NCBI GenBank assembly: GCA_041640635.1
Contig: JBEPZX010000001.1
Location: 1-64,000 of the forward strand
Direction: 5' to 3'
DNA: 64,000 nt
From: Aquificaceae bacterium
GTDB taxonomy: Bacteria; Aquificota; Aquificia; Aquificales; Aquificaceae
The notes beneath the pieces were generated by a model, which ran no database searches, had not been told where the DNA came from, and saw nothing but the letters and a program-made list of their open reading frames with translations. This document shows positions 9,675 to 20,977 of the stretch, one piece after another. Each line of letters begins with the position of its first letter. Within the stretch, counting starts at the first letter, position 1. The position numbers were made by a program, and so were the translations under genes.

Positions 9675-10624
9675 TGAAGGAAAACCTAACGTTAGCTACA
9701 TACAGAGAAGGCAAATATGTTATAGGAAAGGATTTAATTTTTGTTATTGCAGGTTTAATTTTGGTTTTCTTGGTTATATCTCTGCTTTTATCGGTAATTT
9801 TAGTCCTTATAAAGGATGGTTGGACCAGGATTGTTGATCACTCTTTTTATACATCTTTCCCTTCCCGATTTCCTGAGCAAGCAGGAATACTTTCCGCATG
9901 GGTTGGAACTGTTTACGTTATGGGTGGGGCAATATTTTGGTCTATAATAATAGGTGTTCCAGCAGGGGTGTATTTAGAAGAGTATGCCCAAAAAAAAGGA
10001 ATAATAGGTTACATAGAAAGACTGATAGAGGTAAATATAGCTAACTTAGCTGCCGTTCCTTCCATTATATATGGACTTTTGGCTCTTGGTATTTTTGTTT
10101 ATATATTTAAGTTTGGTGAAAGCATACTGACGGCTGGACTTACATTAGGTATAATGATGCTTCCCGTGATTGTTACAAGTACCCGTGAAGCTATAAGAGC
10201 AATACCAAAAGATATAAGGGAAGCTGCCTATGCCGTAGGGGCTACCAAATGGGAAACAGTGAGGGACCATATTATTCCTTACTCTTTAGGTGGAATCCTC
10301 ACAGGTTTTATCGTATCTGCCTCAAGAGCTATTGGAGAAACGGCACCCCTTATCACCATAGGAGCATTAACCTTCATAGCATTTTTGCCTCCTTCACCAA
10401 TTACTTCAGATTTCCCCTTTATTTCACTTAAAAACTTCAAAGAGGTTCTTCTTTCACCATTTACAGTATTGCCTATACAAATATTTAACTGGGTTTCTAG
10501 GCCACAAGAAGCCTTCCATATAAACGCAGCTGCTGCTGGTTTTGTGCTTCTTGTGCTAACCTTAATTATGAATGCGCTAGCATACGTAATTAGGTACAAA
10601 GTTAGGAGGAAGTATAAATGGTAA
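9671..10624 (+). CDS. pstA: Phosphate ABC transporter permease
   Basis: [26 protein letters not shown]. Confidence 0.93.
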   Translation: MMKENLTLATYREGKYVIGKDLIFVIAGLILVFLVISLLLSVILVLIKDGWTRIVDHSFYTSFPSRFPEQAGILSAWVGTVYVMGGAIFWSIIIGVPAGVYLEEYAQKKGIIGYIERLIEVNIANLAAVPSIIYGLLALGIFVYIFKFGESILTAGLTLGIMMLPVIVTSTREAIRAIPKDIREAAYAVGATKWETVRDHIIPYSLGGILTGFIVSASRAIGETAPLITIGALTFIAFLPPSPITSDFPFISLKNFKEVLLSPFTVLPIQIFNWVSRPQEAFHINAAAAGFVLLVLTLIMNALAYVIRYKVRRKYKW

Positions 10625-11472
10625 TGGATGTTATAAAAAACATTTTCCCATTTGGTAGAGCAGAGGATAAAGCAACAGGAGATATTGCCTCTTCTAGAGA
10701 TGTGCAAGAAGGAGATACTAAAATAGAGGTGAAAGCCTTAAACTTTTATTACGACAAAGTGCATGCTCTTAAAGATATAAACTTATCCATATATGCTAAA
10801 AAGGTCAATGCTTTAATAGGTCCATCTGGATGTGGAAAAACTACTCTCCTTAGGTGTTTTAACAGAATGCATGACCTTTACCCAGGAGCACGCTATGAAG
10901 GTCAAATACTACTTAAACCAGATAATATAAACATACTAGACAAGAAAGTAGACTTACTAAAACTTAGGATGAGGGTAGGGATGGTATTTCAAAAACCAAA
11001 TCCATTCCCCAAATCCATCTTTGAAAACGTCGCCTATGGTTTGAGAATACTGGGCATAAAGAGTAAAAGTGAATTGCAGGATAGAGTAGAATGGGCTCTT
11101 AAGGGTGCTGCGCTCTGGGATGAGGTAAAAGATAGAATAAAGGATAACGCATACTCTCTGTCAGGTGGTCAACAACAAAGACTTTGCATAGCTAGGGCTA
11201 TAGCTGTAGAACCTGAAATTTTACTATTCGATGAGCCTACCTCTGCTTTAGACCCCATATCCACCAGCAAAATAGAAGATCTTATTGTAGAACTTAAGAA
11301 AAAAATTACCATCGTAATTGTTACTCACAATATGCAACAAGCGGCAAGAATTTCTGATTTTACAGCATTTATGTACTTAGGGGAATTAATAGAGCATGGT
11401 AAAACAGAAAACATATTTACCAAACCAACTAATAGTCTTACAGAAGACTACATAACAGGTAGATTTGGTTAA
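10618..11472 (+). CDS. pstB: Phosphate ABC transporter ATPase
   Basis: [29 protein letters not shown]-terminal YITGRFG. Confidence 0.96.
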   Translation: MVMDVIKNIFPFGRAEDKATGDIASSRDVQEGDTKIEVKALNFYYDKVHALKDINLSIYAKKVNALIGPSGCGKTTLLRCFNRMHDLYPGARYEGQILLKPDNINILDKKVDLLKLRMRVGMVFQKPNPFPKSIFENVAYGLRILGIKSKSELQDRVEWALKGAALWDEVKDRIKDNAYSLSGGQQQRLCIARAIAVEPEILLFDEPTSALDPISTSKIEDLIVELKKKITIVIVTHNMQQAARISDFTAFMYLGELIEHGKTENIFTKPTNSLTEDYITGRFG

Positions 11473-11551
11473 AGTGAGATGTATCATAAAACGTCAAAAA
11501 TTATAATTTTATAATTATTTAGCAATTAAATATTATTTAGGAGGTAGCGTC

Positions 11552-12184
11552 ATGACTCACAAAGTTACACCTAAGGATCATCTCAAACCGTCCAACCTAA
11601 ACGGTATATCTAATGAACAAATTGAGCCTCATTTTGAAGCTCATTACAAGGGTTATGTTACTAAGTACAACGAAATTCAAGAAAAGTTAGCAGACCTTAA
11701 TTTTTCTGATAGAAGTAAGGCGAATCAAAATTATTCAGAGTATAGAGAATTAAAAGTTGAAGAAACCTTTAACTACATGGGGGTAGTTTTGCATGAACTG
11801 TATTTTGGACATCTAGGTCCAAAAGGTGAGCCTTCCGAAGCCCTGAAGAAGAAAATAGAGGAAGATCTCGGAAGTTTTGAAAACTGTGCAAACGAGCTAA
11901 AAGCTGCAGGTATAGCCTTTAGAGGATGGGCTATTCTTGGATTAGATATATTCTCTGGCAGATTGGTTGTTAACGGATTAGATGCCCACAATGTTTACAA
12001 CTACACTGGTCTTATACCTCTTATAGTTTTAGATACTTACGAGCACGCTTATTACGTGGATCAGAAGAACAAAAGACCACCCTACATAGATGCCTTTTTA
12101 CAAAATTTGAATTGGGATGTAATTAACGAACGTTTTGAAAAGGCTATGAAAGCTTACGAAGCTCTAAGAGATTTTATTAAGTAA
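11552..12184 (+). CDS. sod: Fe/Mn superoxide dismutase
   Basis: HFEAHYKGYV, LHELYF, DTYEHAYY signature. Confidence 0.93.
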   Translation: MTHKVTPKDHLKPSNLNGISNEQIEPHFEAHYKGYVTKYNEIQEKLADLNFSDRSKANQNYSEYRELKVEETFNYMGVVLHELYFGHLGPKGEPSEALKKKIEEDLGSFENCANELKAAGIAFRGWAILGLDIFSGRLVVNGLDAHNVYNYTGLIPLIVLDTYEHAYYVDQKNKRPPYIDAFLQNLNWDVINERFEKAMKAYEALRDFIK

Positions 12185-12190
12185 TCTCTT

Positions 12191-12207
12191 GGGGCTCCCC
12201 CCCTTTT
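12191..12207 (+). terminator. Possible short intrinsic terminator after sod
   Basis: GGGG-CTC-CCCC stem followed by TTTT; weak 4-bp stem. Confidence 0.3.
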
Positions 12208-12406
12208 GATGAAAGAAACCAGAATTACTAAATATATCAAGTCGTTAATAAGAGGTAGGAAGTACTTAACAACCGAAGACATAATGTTGATATTGGAAAA
12301 ATACTATAAACTACCCATTAAAACACCTAGTGTTTATTACAAATATAAGTTGATTATAAAGCAGTGTAGACAAGCTGTATACAGAGAAAGGAGGAAGAGG
12401 AAATAA
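12206..12406 (+). CDS. Small, very basic hypothetical protein (ATG at 12209 likely)
   Basis: Fills the gap between sod and lpdA, ends 2 nt before the lpdA start; K/R/Y-rich. Confidence 0.6.
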   Translation: MMKETRITKYIKSLIRGRKYLTTEDIMLILEKYYKLPIKTPSVYYKYKLIIKQCRQAVYRERRKRK

Positions 12407-12408
12407 AA

Positions 12409-13815
12409 ATGGATGAGTTTGACCTAGTTATATTAGGCGCTGGTAGCGGAGGTTACGATGCAGGTATGTATGCGCACAGAAGAGGTTTAAAGGTAGCCTT
12501 CGTAGATCTATCTCCAGATACAGTTGGTGGTTGTTGCCTAAATAGGGGATGTATACCGTCTAAGTTTATGCGTCACGGTGCTCGCCTTTTGGAAAAGTTT
12601 AACAGTATGCCACATTATGGAGTATTTCCAAAAGGTTATGACTTAGACATGAGTAACCTTAAAAAAGGAAGGGACCACGTAGTAATTACAATTAGAGAAA
12701 ACTTTAAAAAGTTTGCTTCTCAACTTGGTATCCCTTTTTTCTATGGCAAGGGAATTTTGGCGGATAAAAACACAGTATATGTGGAAGATATTAAGAAATA
12801 CATTAAAAGTAAGTATATACTCATATCTGTCGGATCATCTCCTAAAGGCTTGGATACTTTGCCCTGTGATGGTAAGTACATACACAATACAGATACTATT
12901 TGGAGCATAGAGTATATACCGAAGAAAATTCTTATAGTAGGTGGCGGAGCTGTAGGTGCAGAGTTTGCTTACATATTCAAGATGTATGGTTCGGATGTAA
13001 CAATTGCGGAGTTGATGGACAGGCTTTTGCCAGCTCCAGGTATACCTGAAGAGTCTAGTAGATACCTTACAAGGAAACTTAAAAAGTTAGGTGTGGATGT
13101 AAGATTAAAGGCAAAAGTGGTTTCTTGGGAAAAGACGGAAAAAGGTATATTAGTTAAACTGTCTGACAATTCTACCTTAGAAGTCGATTTTATTTTGTTG
13201 GCTGTAGGAAGAGTGCCAAATACTAATGGAATAGGATTAGAAGGTGTTGGAGTAGAGAAAGACTCAAAGGGTTTTATCAGAGTCAACGACTATTGCCAAA
13301 CCACGGTGGAAAATATATACGCGTGTGGTGATGTAACTTCATCTCTTATGCTAGCTCACAAATCTATGCATGAAGGGAAGATAGCTGTAAACCATATGCT
13401 TGGAGACTATAGCGAAAAAAGAAATGATGTGTTGATGCCTAAAATAGTGTATTCTGCCTACGAAGTAGCATCTATAGGTCTTACAGAAGATGAAGCCGAA
13501 GACTTGGGATACAATGTTAAGACTGGGGTTGTATCCTTTATTCCAAATCCAAAAGCTATGGTAGATTCAGATAACGAAGGGTTTATCAGATTAGTTGTTG
13601 ACGAAGATAGTAGCAAGATATTGGGATGTCACATGGTAGGTCCAGAAGCTGGAGAGTTACTGCATCAAGTTTTACATTTTATGAAATGGAATTTAGGTGT
13701 AGACAGCTTAGCTAAGAGTTTATACTCCCACCCTTCCCTATCTGAGTCTATTATTCAATCTGCTATGGATGTTTATTTTGGCTCCATATCTTGGGCAAAA
13801 AGGCACTCAACCTAA
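12409..13815 (+). CDS. lpdA: Dihydrolipoyl dehydrogenase-family flavoprotein
   Basis: GAGSGG, GGCCLNRGCIPSK disulfide motif, GGGAVGAE, C-terminal HPSLSE. Confidence 0.82.
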   Translation: MDEFDLVILGAGSGGYDAGMYAHRRGLKVAFVDLSPDTVGGCCLNRGCIPSKFMRHGARLLEKFNSMPHYGVFPKGYDLDMSNLKKGRDHVVITIRENFKKFASQLGIPFFYGKGILADKNTVYVEDIKKYIKSKYILISVGSSPKGLDTLPCDGKYIHNTDTIWSIEYIPKKILIVGGGAVGAEFAYIFKMYGSDVTIAELMDRLLPAPGIPEESSRYLTRKLKKLGVDVRLKAKVVSWEKTEKGILVKLSDNSTLEVDFILLAVGRVPNTNGIGLEGVGVEKDSKGFIRVNDYCQTTVENIYACGDVTSSLMLAHKSMHEGKIAVNHMLGDYSEKRNDVLMPKIVYSAYEVASIGLTEDEAEDLGYNVKTGVVSFIPNPKAMVDSDNEGFIRLVVDEDSSKILGCHMVGPEAGELLHQVLHFMKWNLGVDSLAKSLYSHPSLSESIIQSAMDVYFGSISWAKRHST

Positions 13816-13823
13816 AAAAATTC

Positions 13824-14291
13824 TTACTGGTTTAAGTAATCAAAGTTTATTAGCTTTTTTTTACCACTTTTGTCTTCAATATGAATATTTATAGAATAAA
13901 GACCCTTATCTAGCATCTGAAACCAGTTCCCATAGTTGTCTCCGTGCTGGTGCTTATACTTATTGAGAGGCTTTAAACTAGATCTTAGTAGTGGTGACCT
14001 TACTTCAGCTTCTACTTTGTAATCTGATATATAAACTATATTTTCACCTTCTTTTTTCCACAGGGAAACAGCTAAGTGATGAGTGTCGTACTTTGTTGGT
14101 TCTCCATGGTGCTTTACCAAAAGTTGATAAGATCTTGGGAAGTTAGTTTTTAGTTCACCTATCGAGATTACTCCTATACTGACATTCATATCTGAAAGTT
14201 TTTTTGTAAGTGGCGTCTTAACAATAATTTCCTCTTCTTGCGAAAAAGCGAGACTTGTTACCAATCCTAATACCAAAAGAGCCTTTTTCAT
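13824..14291 (-). CDS. Secreted hypothetical protein, His-rich, possibly P19/FetP-like metal binder
   Basis: Signal peptide; THHLAVSL, HQHGDNYGNWFQM..GLYSINIHI. Confidence 0.6.
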   Translation of the reverse strand: MKKALLVLGLVTSLAFSQEEEIIVKTPLTKKLSDMNVSIGVISIGELKTNFPRSYQLLVKHHGEPTKYDTHHLAVSLWKKEGENIVYISDYKVEAEVRSPLLRSSLKPLNKYKHQHGDNYGNWFQMLDKGLYSINIHIEDKSGKKKLINFDYLNQ

Positions 14292-14380
14292 TTTTACACC
14301 CCCTAATCATTTAATAATTCATCTCCAGTTATAAAATCAATTAAAATTACTTATACAAAGTATAAATTATTTTTATACTT

Positions 14381-15655
14381 ATGTTTGTAGAGCTTCTTCC
14401 AGAGCATGTAAGGAAGTTAATATCAGCTGGTGAAGTCATAGAGAGTCCTGCTGACTGTGTAAAGGAACTCATAGAAAACTCTTTGGATGCAAAAGCTACA
14501 AAGATCGAGGTGGAATTAGTAAAAGGGGGAAAAAGCTACATAAGCGTAAAGGATGATGGCATAGGTATACACCCACAAGATATTGATAAGGTTATACTTG
14601 AGTATGCTACAAGTAAGATAAGAAGTCTAGAAGACTTGAGTTACCTACAAACTTATGGATTTAGGGGAGAAGCTCTTACAGCGATAGCCAAAGTTTCAAG
14701 AATGCTAATAAGCTCGCGATTTTTCCAAGAAAACGCAGGCATGCAGATGAAGGTAGAAAGTGGGAAAGTTATTTACAAGAGAGAAACGGGCATGTCAACA
14801 GGTACAAAAATTGAAGTGTTTGACCTTTTTTATAATCTGCCAGCAAGACAGAAGTTCCTCAAAAAAGAGGACACAGAAAGAAACAAGGTTTTAAAACTTA
14901 TCAAAGAATATGCAATTGCTAAGCATAACGTCCACTTTGTTTTTGTATCCAACAATAGACAAGTTCTAAATTTACCAAAGGTAAAGGACAAAAAAACTAG
15001 ATTAGAAGACCTTTTCAATTCACCTTTTGAGGAGTTTTACAGAGAAGAAGATTACATAAGACTAAACCTGTTTGTATCTACAGAAAACCAAAAGGGAGAC
15101 TTACACGTATTTGTAAACTCAAGACCAGTTTTTAATAGAAACTTGGTAGAGCACTTAAGAAGGATTGTAGGATACAAAAAAGTGGGTGTGTGCTTTATAG
15201 ATATTCCTTCTTACATGGTGGACTTTAACGTACATCCAAAGAAAAGAGAAGTCAAGATATACAAGGAAAGGAAAGTTATGGAGATGCTATCTAATGTATT
15301 TAGAAAGCCAAAAACTACAGTCACGTTGTCTCAAGAAAAACCGTCTTACACCACGGAGCCAATTTTGGTTGGGACAATGGATGACACAGTAGCCATAATA
15401 CGCTTAGGTGATTTTCTTTACTTTTTTGATTTGCACTTGCTTTCGGAAAGGCTAAACTACGAAATGGGGATGGATGAAACAAAATCGTGCAAACTCGCTT
15501 TCAAATCTGGTGACAAAATACAAAGGGAGGAGATATTAAACTTAGTTAGCAGGTGGATGGAGTTTAGCAATCCACATGTATGCCCCCATGGAAGACCCAT
15601 TTACTACAAAATCTACTTAGGAGATATTTATAAAAATCTTGGAAGGGGTTATTGA
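14381..15655 (+). CDS. mutL: DNA mismatch repair endonuclease MutL (short Aquificae type)
   Basis: [43 protein letters not shown]. Confidence 0.94.
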   Translation: MFVELLPEHVRKLISAGEVIESPADCVKELIENSLDAKATKIEVELVKGGKSYISVKDDGIGIHPQDIDKVILEYATSKIRSLEDLSYLQTYGFRGEALTAIAKVSRMLISSRFFQENAGMQMKVESGKVIYKRETGMSTGTKIEVFDLFYNLPARQKFLKKEDTERNKVLKLIKEYAIAKHNVHFVFVSNNRQVLNLPKVKDKKTRLEDLFNSPFEEFYREEDYIRLNLFVSTENQKGDLHVFVNSRPVFNRNLVEHLRRIVGYKKVGVCFIDIPSYMVDFNVHPKKREVKIYKERKVMEMLSNVFRKPKTTVTLSQEKPSYTTEPILVGTMDDTVAIIRLGDFLYFFDLHLLSERLNYEMGMDETKSCKLAFKSGDKIQREEILNLVSRWMEFSNPHVCPHGRPIYYKIYLGDIYKNLGRGY

Positions 15656-16422
15656 TGCTTGCCAAAAGAATAGTACCTTGTTTGGATGTGGACAAAGGTC
15701 GCGTAGTGAAAGGTGTAAAGTTTAAAAACTTAGTTGATGCTGGAGATCCTGTAGAGGTTGCCAAAGCTTACGAAGAGCAAGGAGCGGATGAACTGGTGTT
15801 TTTAGACATAACGGCCTCAGCTCAAGAGAGAAATATTATGCTAGATGTAGTAAAGAAGGTTGCAGAAAGGGTATTTATGCCTTTTACCGTAGGTGGAGGT
15901 ATAAGAACATTGGAGGACATAAGACAGCTTCTGGAGTCTGGTGCAGACAAAGTTTCCATAAACACATCAGCGGTAAAAAATCCTCAGATCATTTACGAAG
16001 CTGCTAAAGTTTTTGGGTCCCAGTGCATAGTTGTTGCTATAGATGCTAAGAGAAAAGATTCCTCTTGGGAAGTTTACATAAACGGTGGTAGGACACCTAC
16101 GGGCATGGATGCCATAGAGTGGGCAAAAAGAGTGGAACTTTTGGGAGCTGGTGAGATTTTACTTACATCTATGGATATGGATGGTACGAAAAATGGCTAC
16201 GATTTGGAGCTTACAAAAAAGGTAGTAGAAAGTGTTAACATACCCGTGATTGCATCAGGTGGCGCGGGTAAGCTAGAGGATTTTTACTACGTGTTTTCTT
16301 ACGCAGGAGCTGATGCAGCTTTAGCGGCTTCTTTGTTTCACTTCAAAGAAGTTTCCATTCCCAAGCTCAAGAGTTTTCTCTTGCAAAAGGGAGTGGTTGT
16401 AAGATACCCAGATGAAGAATAA
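15652..16422 (+). CDS. hisF: Imidazole glycerol phosphate synthase cyclase subunit
   Basis: [33 protein letters not shown]. Confidence 0.96.
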   Translation: MMLAKRIVPCLDVDKGRVVKGVKFKNLVDAGDPVEVAKAYEEQGADELVFLDITASAQERNIMLDVVKKVAERVFMPFTVGGGIRTLEDIRQLLESGADKVSINTSAVKNPQIIYEAAKVFGSQCIVVAIDAKRKDSSWEVYINGGRTPTGMDAIEWAKRVELLGAGEILLTSMDMDGTKNGYDLELTKKVVESVNIPVIASGGAGKLEDFYYVFSYAGADAALAASLFHFKEVSIPKLKSFLLQKGVVVRYPDEE

Positions 16423-17002
16423 ACTAGTTCTCTGTATAACTGGTGCAAGTGGTTTTCAGTATGGTTATAGGTTACTCGAAGTTTTGAGTAGCTTGTCTTT
16501 TGATATAGACTTGGTCCTATCAAGTGCAGCATTTAGGGTAATGAAAGAAGAAACGAACCTAAAAAAAGAGGATTTACTAAAAATTAAAGGTGTAAATTTG
16601 TTGCCAGAGAGAGACATAGGCAGTCACATAGCTAGTGGGTCTAGGTTAATAGAGTATAGAGGGGTTGTCGTAGCTCCTTGTTCTATGAGTACATTGGCTT
16701 GTGTGGCAAATGGTATAAATCAGAACCTAATTCACAGAGTTTGCGAAGTTGCGCTTAAAGAAAGAGTACCTCTAGTGCTTTTAGTTAGAGAAATGCCTTA
16801 CTCCGTTGTACATCTAAAAAACATGCTCCATGTAGCTATGGCAGGTGCAACCGTCATGAGTGCAAGTCCGGGATTCTACCACAGACCTAAGACCGTCGAA
16901 GATATGATAGACTTTGTAATTGGTAAAGTTTTGGATACATTGAGGATAGAACACAGTCTTTACAAAAGGTGGAAAAAAGATACACCAAAAAGGGATGACT
17001 AA
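16412..17002 (+). CDS. ubiX: Flavin prenyltransferase
   Basis: [33 protein letters not shown]. Confidence 0.92.
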   Translation: MKNKLVLCITGASGFQYGYRLLEVLSSLSFDIDLVLSSAAFRVMKEETNLKKEDLLKIKGVNLLPERDIGSHIASGSRLIEYRGVVVAPCSMSTLACVANGINQNLIHRVCEVALKERVPLVLLVREMPYSVVHLKNMLHVAMAGATVMSASPGFYHRPKTVEDMIDFVIGKVLDTLRIEHSLYKRWKKDTPKRDD

Positions 17003-17868
17003 AAGAGAGTTTTTTGTTGAGTTGTTTTATATATACCGCCCAAATCCTTGAGAAGACTCTTAAACTCCAACTCTTCCATCATTGCTTTAAGTGGATTAAT
17101 CTTTGGGTCTTTCATTCTTAGGTCTTCTTCGCTTATATTTATATCTACTTGATATAACTTGACAAGTTGATAAGATTTTTCCAAACTTTCTCTGTCGGCT
17201 TGTGGAAACGCTGCCTTGAAACTTTCCCAATTCGCAAGTATGTTTTCTACTCCTTTATATCTGTTAAGTATTTTTATAGCAGTTTTGGGTCCAACCCCCT
17301 TCACACCCTCTATATTGTCCGTCTTGTCACCAACCAAGGCAAGGTAATCGGGAATTAGCATAGGTGGCACGCCAAACTTTTCTAAAACTTTCTTTTCATC
17401 AAAGACTTCACCGTTCATAGGGTTAACAACGGCAACTTTCCCATCTTTTACCAATTGGAGTATGTCTTTGTCAGGTGAGTAAATATTTACATTAAATCCC
17501 AGATCGAGAGCTTTAGCAGTTACGCTGGCTATGATGTCATCCGCCTCGTAACCCTCCATTTCCATCAGGTTTATTCCCAGCAGCGTTACCATCTCTTTTA
17601 TCTTTGGTATTTGGAGTTTTAGAGGATCCGGCATCTTGGGTCTTTTTGCCTTGTAGTGGACGTAAACTCTCTCTCTGTGCGTTTGTGCTGGATGGTCAAA
17701 AGCAACCACGAAGTATTTAGGTTTTTCTGCTTTTATTAAGGCAAAAATACTCCTTAAAAAACCGTAAATGGCTCCCGTAGGGAATCCATCCTTTGTAGTG
17801 AGTGGTGGTAGAGCAAAGAAGCTTCTATAAATAAACGCTGATCCGTCCCAAAGGTAGAGAACTTTCAT
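16999..17868 (-). CDS. Stand-alone 5'-3' exonuclease (Pol I N-terminal domain homolog)
   Basis: DGSAFIYRSFFA, YKAKR, EADD, DKD, LVGDKTDNIEGVKGVGPKTA; no polymerase domain. Confidence 0.92.
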   Translation of the reverse strand: MKVLYLWDGSAFIYRSFFALPPLTTKDGFPTGAIYGFLRSIFALIKAEKPKYFVVAFDHPAQTHRERVYVHYKAKRPKMPDPLKLQIPKIKEMVTLLGINLMEMEGYEADDIIASVTAKALDLGFNVNIYSPDKDILQLVKDGKVAVVNPMNGEVFDEKKVLEKFGVPPMLIPDYLALVGDKTDNIEGVKGVGPKTAIKILNRYKGVENILANWESFKAAFPQADRESLEKSYQLVKLYQVDINISEEDLRMKDPKINPLKAMMEELEFKSLLKDLGGIYKTTQQKTLF

Positions 17869-18515
17869 AGGGAGTAAAGGTTTCTTTTCATTGTGCCTTT
17901 CATAGCCTGAACTAAACTCTCCGTCGCCTTCTTTACGTCCTCAAAGCCAAGTATGGCGGAAACTACAGCCACACCTGTTGCACCTGCTTGTAAAACTTCT
18001 TGAACTCTGTAGTGGGTTATGCCACCTATGGCAACTATGGGTTTGTTGGTGATCTTTACGGCTTGCTTTAGACCTTCTAAGCCAACAAGTTTGTAGTTTT
18101 TCTTGGTCGTTGTCTCGTATATGGATCCAAAGCCTATGTAATCTATGGGAAGGTGATCCACCTCTCTTATTTGGTCCACACTGTTTATTGAGTAACCAAT
18201 GTACATGCTATCGTCAACGAGCTTCTTAACCACATCAGGCGGTAGGTCCTGTTGTCCTACATGCACACCATCGGCTCCAACAGCCAAAGCCAGGTCAACC
18301 CTGTCGTTCACCACAAGGTCTACGTTATAGGACTTGGTTAGATTTCTCAAAACCAGAAGTTCTTCGTACATCTGACGGGTGCTTTTGTTTTTGAACCTAT
18401 ACTGCAAAGCGGTTATACCACCTTGGATAGCCTGCTCAACGGTGGATGCCAAATCTCTACCTTCCAGATACTTATCGTCTAGAACAAGATAAAGTGTAAG
18501 GTTCATTTTCTTCAT
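17865..18515 (-). CDS. thiE: Thiamine-phosphate synthase
   Basis: LQYRFK, NDRVDLA, GVHVGQQD, TTTK, AIGGI. Confidence 0.94.
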   Translation of the reverse strand: MKKMNLTLYLVLDDKYLEGRDLASTVEQAIQGGITALQYRFKNKSTRQMYEELLVLRNLTKSYNVDLVVNDRVDLALAVGADGVHVGQQDLPPDVVKKLVDDSMYIGYSINSVDQIREVDHLPIDYIGFGSIYETTTKKNYKLVGLEGLKQAVKITNKPIVAIGGITHYRVQEVLQAGATGVAVVSAILGFEDVKKATESLVQAMKGTMKRNLYSL

Positions 18516-18537
18516 AAATTATAATTATATTTTTACG

Positions 18538-19032
18538 ATGGCTTTTTACATAACTATTTTTCGTATAATTCTTGTCTTTCCTACAGCTTATTTTCTCTAT
18601 AAAGAATACAACTTACTCGCTTTTGTGCTAATACTGATTGGTGCTCTATCCGATTGGTTGGATGGTAGCGTAGCAAGGACCAACAAAGAAGAAAACAACC
18701 TCGGAGCTTTGCTTGACCCTTTTGCTGATAAGGTTTTTGTTTTGGTTTTGCTTTCTATCCTTCTATACATGCAAGAGATATCGCCAATTGCTTATATACT
18801 TTTACTCCTTAGAGAACTCTTTATTTCCTTTCTTAGAAGCTTAGCGGTAGAAAAAGGTGTGGTGATGAAAGCGTCCTACATGGGGAAAGCTAAAACCTTC
18901 TTTGAGTTTGTAGCTTTGTTACTTTTGAGCCTCAATTTTCCACTAGGTGGATTTGTCCTTTGGTTGGCTGTTCTTCTTGCCTACGCTTCCGCTTACGACT
19001 ACGTTGTAAGGTATGCAAAATTTACCGATTAA
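18538..19032 (+). CDS. pgsA: CDP-alcohol phosphatidyltransferase (PgsA-like)
   Basis: SDWLDGSVAR...GALLDPFADK signature. Confidence 0.8.
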   Translation: MAFYITIFRIILVFPTAYFLYKEYNLLAFVLILIGALSDWLDGSVARTNKEENNLGALLDPFADKVFVLVLLSILLYMQEISPIAYILLLLRELFISFLRSLAVEKGVVMKASYMGKAKTFFEFVALLLLSLNFPLGGFVLWLAVLLAYASAYDYVVRYAKFTD

Positions 19033-19366
19033 GTTCCTCTCTCAAGATAGCATCCGCCTTTATCTTTAATCCTCTATCTGGGATTTCCACGTAAAACTCA
19101 AAAGGTGTTACCTTTGTTTTGCCTTCCCAAGAGCCAAAGTATTCCATTTCTAGGTCTTCCTGCTTTAGAGCTTTTGCTATAAGGTAAAGCAGTATATACT
19201 TCTCGTAAGAAGCTCTGGCAATCTGTAGCCATTTGGTAGCTTCTAGGTACTTAAACTCCAAGATGTACCTTATGCCAATGTAAAGGGGATCTTTTTTGTT
19301 TTTTAAAAAATCCTTGCTGAGCTTTGCATCTTCGAGATAAACACCTATCCTAAAGGCTGCTCGCAA
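19022..19366 (-). CDS. Hypothetical protein
   Basis: Overlaps the aroE end, co-oriented; no motif recognised. Confidence 0.6.
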   Translation of the reverse strand: MRAAFRIGVYLEDAKLSKDFLKNKKDPLYIGIRYILEFKYLEATKWLQIARASYEKYILLYLIAKALKQEDLEMEYFGSWEGKTKVTPFEFYVEIPDRGLKIKADAILREELNR

Positions 19367-20180
19367 GGGTTACCTCCCTCTTGGCTTGATCTATTAACTC
19401 TTGAGGTACCTCTATTCCCGTCCATATCTTAAAGGACTCCACACCTTGATAGATGAGCATCTCTAAACCTGTTTGGTATTTACAGCCTAGTTGCTTGGCT
19501 TTTTTTATAAGAGGTGTTTCTCTGTAGATGATATCTACGATAATGTGATTTGTGGATATTCTATCGTAATCAAAAATGGGTGGGTCCGTGGGGTTTAGAC
19601 CTACCGATGTAGTGTTTACTATAAGCTTTACCTTGTCTATGACATCCTCTGGTCTGTCTACCACTTGAGTTTTGAGCTCCTGAGAGAGTTTTAAGGCTCT
19701 TTCTTTTGTTCTATTGTAGATATATACTTGGTAGTTTAGTTCCTTTAGTGCGTAAAGAACAGCCCTAGAAGAACCACCAGCACCCAGAACTAAAGCTTTT
19801 GGGTTTTTGTCGGTTTGGTTTGGTATTAACTCCAGAAGGGCTCTCTTAAAGCCTATCCAATCGGTATTGAAGGCGTGTATTTCGTTTTCTGCAAATTTAA
19901 GGGTGTTTACAGCACCGATAACCTTAGCGTGCTCGTCTATGTGATCTACAAGCTCCAAAACCGCCTCTTTGTGAGGTATGGTTACGTTTACGCCTTTTAC
20001 CTTTAAGGCTTTTAGTCCTCTTATGGCATCCTTTAAGTTCTCTGGGCTTACCTCAAAGGGCACATACACCGCATCCACGTTGCAAGACTGGAAAAACAGA
20101 TTCTGAAAGAGAGGAGACAAAGAGTGCTTTACAGGGTAACCTATAATACCGTAAAGCTGTGTTTTCCCCGTGAGCCTCAA
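19350..20180 (-). CDS. aroE: Shikimate dehydrogenase
   Basis: HSLSP, NVTIPHK, GAVNT, NTD, GAGGSS, NRT. Confidence 0.95.
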   Translation of the reverse strand: MRLTGKTQLYGIIGYPVKHSLSPLFQNLFFQSCNVDAVYVPFEVSPENLKDAIRGLKALKVKGVNVTIPHKEAVLELVDHIDEHAKVIGAVNTLKFAENEIHAFNTDWIGFKRALLELIPNQTDKNPKALVLGAGGSSRAVLYALKELNYQVYIYNRTKERALKLSQELKTQVVDRPEDVIDKVKLIVNTTSVGLNPTDPPIFDYDRISTNHIIVDIIYRETPLIKKAKQLGCKYQTGLEMLIYQGVESFKIWTGIEVPQELIDQAKREVTLASSL

Positions 20181-20458
20181 ATTATACTGTACTTAGATTG
20201 AACTATCTGTACGTCCTGTACCCAAGGAAGGTTACCTTTTATTGTCATAACTACCACGTCTTTTATGCTTGCATCCATTATGGGGCAATCGTTACAGGCT
20301 CCTTCAAACTGAAGGAACACCTTATCTTCTTTGATATCTAACACCTTTAGGTCACCGTGATGTCTTTCAAGGGCTGGCCTTATTTTCTCTAACACTTCTT
20401 GTACATCTTTTACTTTATCTCTCATCTTTTCCCACTCCTGCATACTATAAAAGTGCAT
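20177..20458 (-). CDS. NifU/Nfu C-terminal domain Fe-S carrier (start uncertain)
   Basis: IRPALERHHGD, GACNDCP (CxxC). Confidence 0.85.
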   Translation of the reverse strand: MHFYSMQEWEKMRDKVKDVQEVLEKIRPALERHHGDLKVLDIKEDKVFLQFEGACNDCPIMDASIKDVVVMTIKGNLPWVQDVQIVQSKYSII

Positions 20459-20492
20459 GCAGAAATTTAAAAATCAATGCTATAAATCATAA

Positions 20493-20723
20493 TCACTCTG
20501 ACCTTCTGTAGATATCCTGTATCTGCTTCCAAAGCTCTCCCTGAGCGTCTTCATCCAAGTCCATGAGTCTAAAAAAGCCTTTGAGTGTGAGTTTGTCTTC
20601 CACTATATCCAAGATGTCTTCCTCTTCTAGCCTGCTTAGCCCATACTCTTCGAGAAGTTCCACTATCTTCGGGTTTTCCAAAACTTCCTTCAAAAGGGTG
20701 TCCATAGTGAGTCTGTCTTTCAT
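20493..20723 (-). CDS. Small acidic hypothetical protein (DUF1858-like pattern, no Cys)
   Basis: LTMDTLLKEVLENPKIVELLEEYGL; 4-bp overlap with tusA. Confidence 0.55.
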   Translation of the reverse strand: MKDRLTMDTLLKEVLENPKIVELLEEYGLSRLEEEDILDIVEDKLTLKGFFRLMDLDEDAQGELWKQIQDIYRRSE

Positions 20724-20965
20724 GTTTCTTTCACCTTTTTAACAAATAAATGATACTCTCCATCTTCTTCGTAAATACCCAAAAACTCCTGCCCTGTAGC
20801 TTTGCACCAAGCTGGTATGTCCTCCACAACACCTGGATCATCGGCGATGAGTTCCAACACCTGTCCTACCTGCATTTGCTTGATCATCTTCGCTGTCTCC
20901 GCTACAGGTACGGGGCAAAAGGTACCTACCACATCGTGAACTACATCAGCTTTTATATCCATCAT
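20720..20965 (-). CDS. tusA: TusA-family sulfur carrier
   Basis: DVVGTFCPVP (CPxP), DDPG, DIPAWC. Confidence 0.88.
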   Translation of the reverse strand: MMDIKADVVHDVVGTFCPVPVAETAKMIKQMQVGQVLELIADDPGVVEDIPAWCKATGQEFLGIYEEDGEYHLFVKKVKET

Positions 20966-20977
20966 GCCAATCTCCTA

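Noticed and set aside
14381..17868. Short MutL and polymerase-less 5'-3' exonuclease as truncated pseudogenes
   Set aside because: Both keep their catalytic motifs and match forms known from Aquifex
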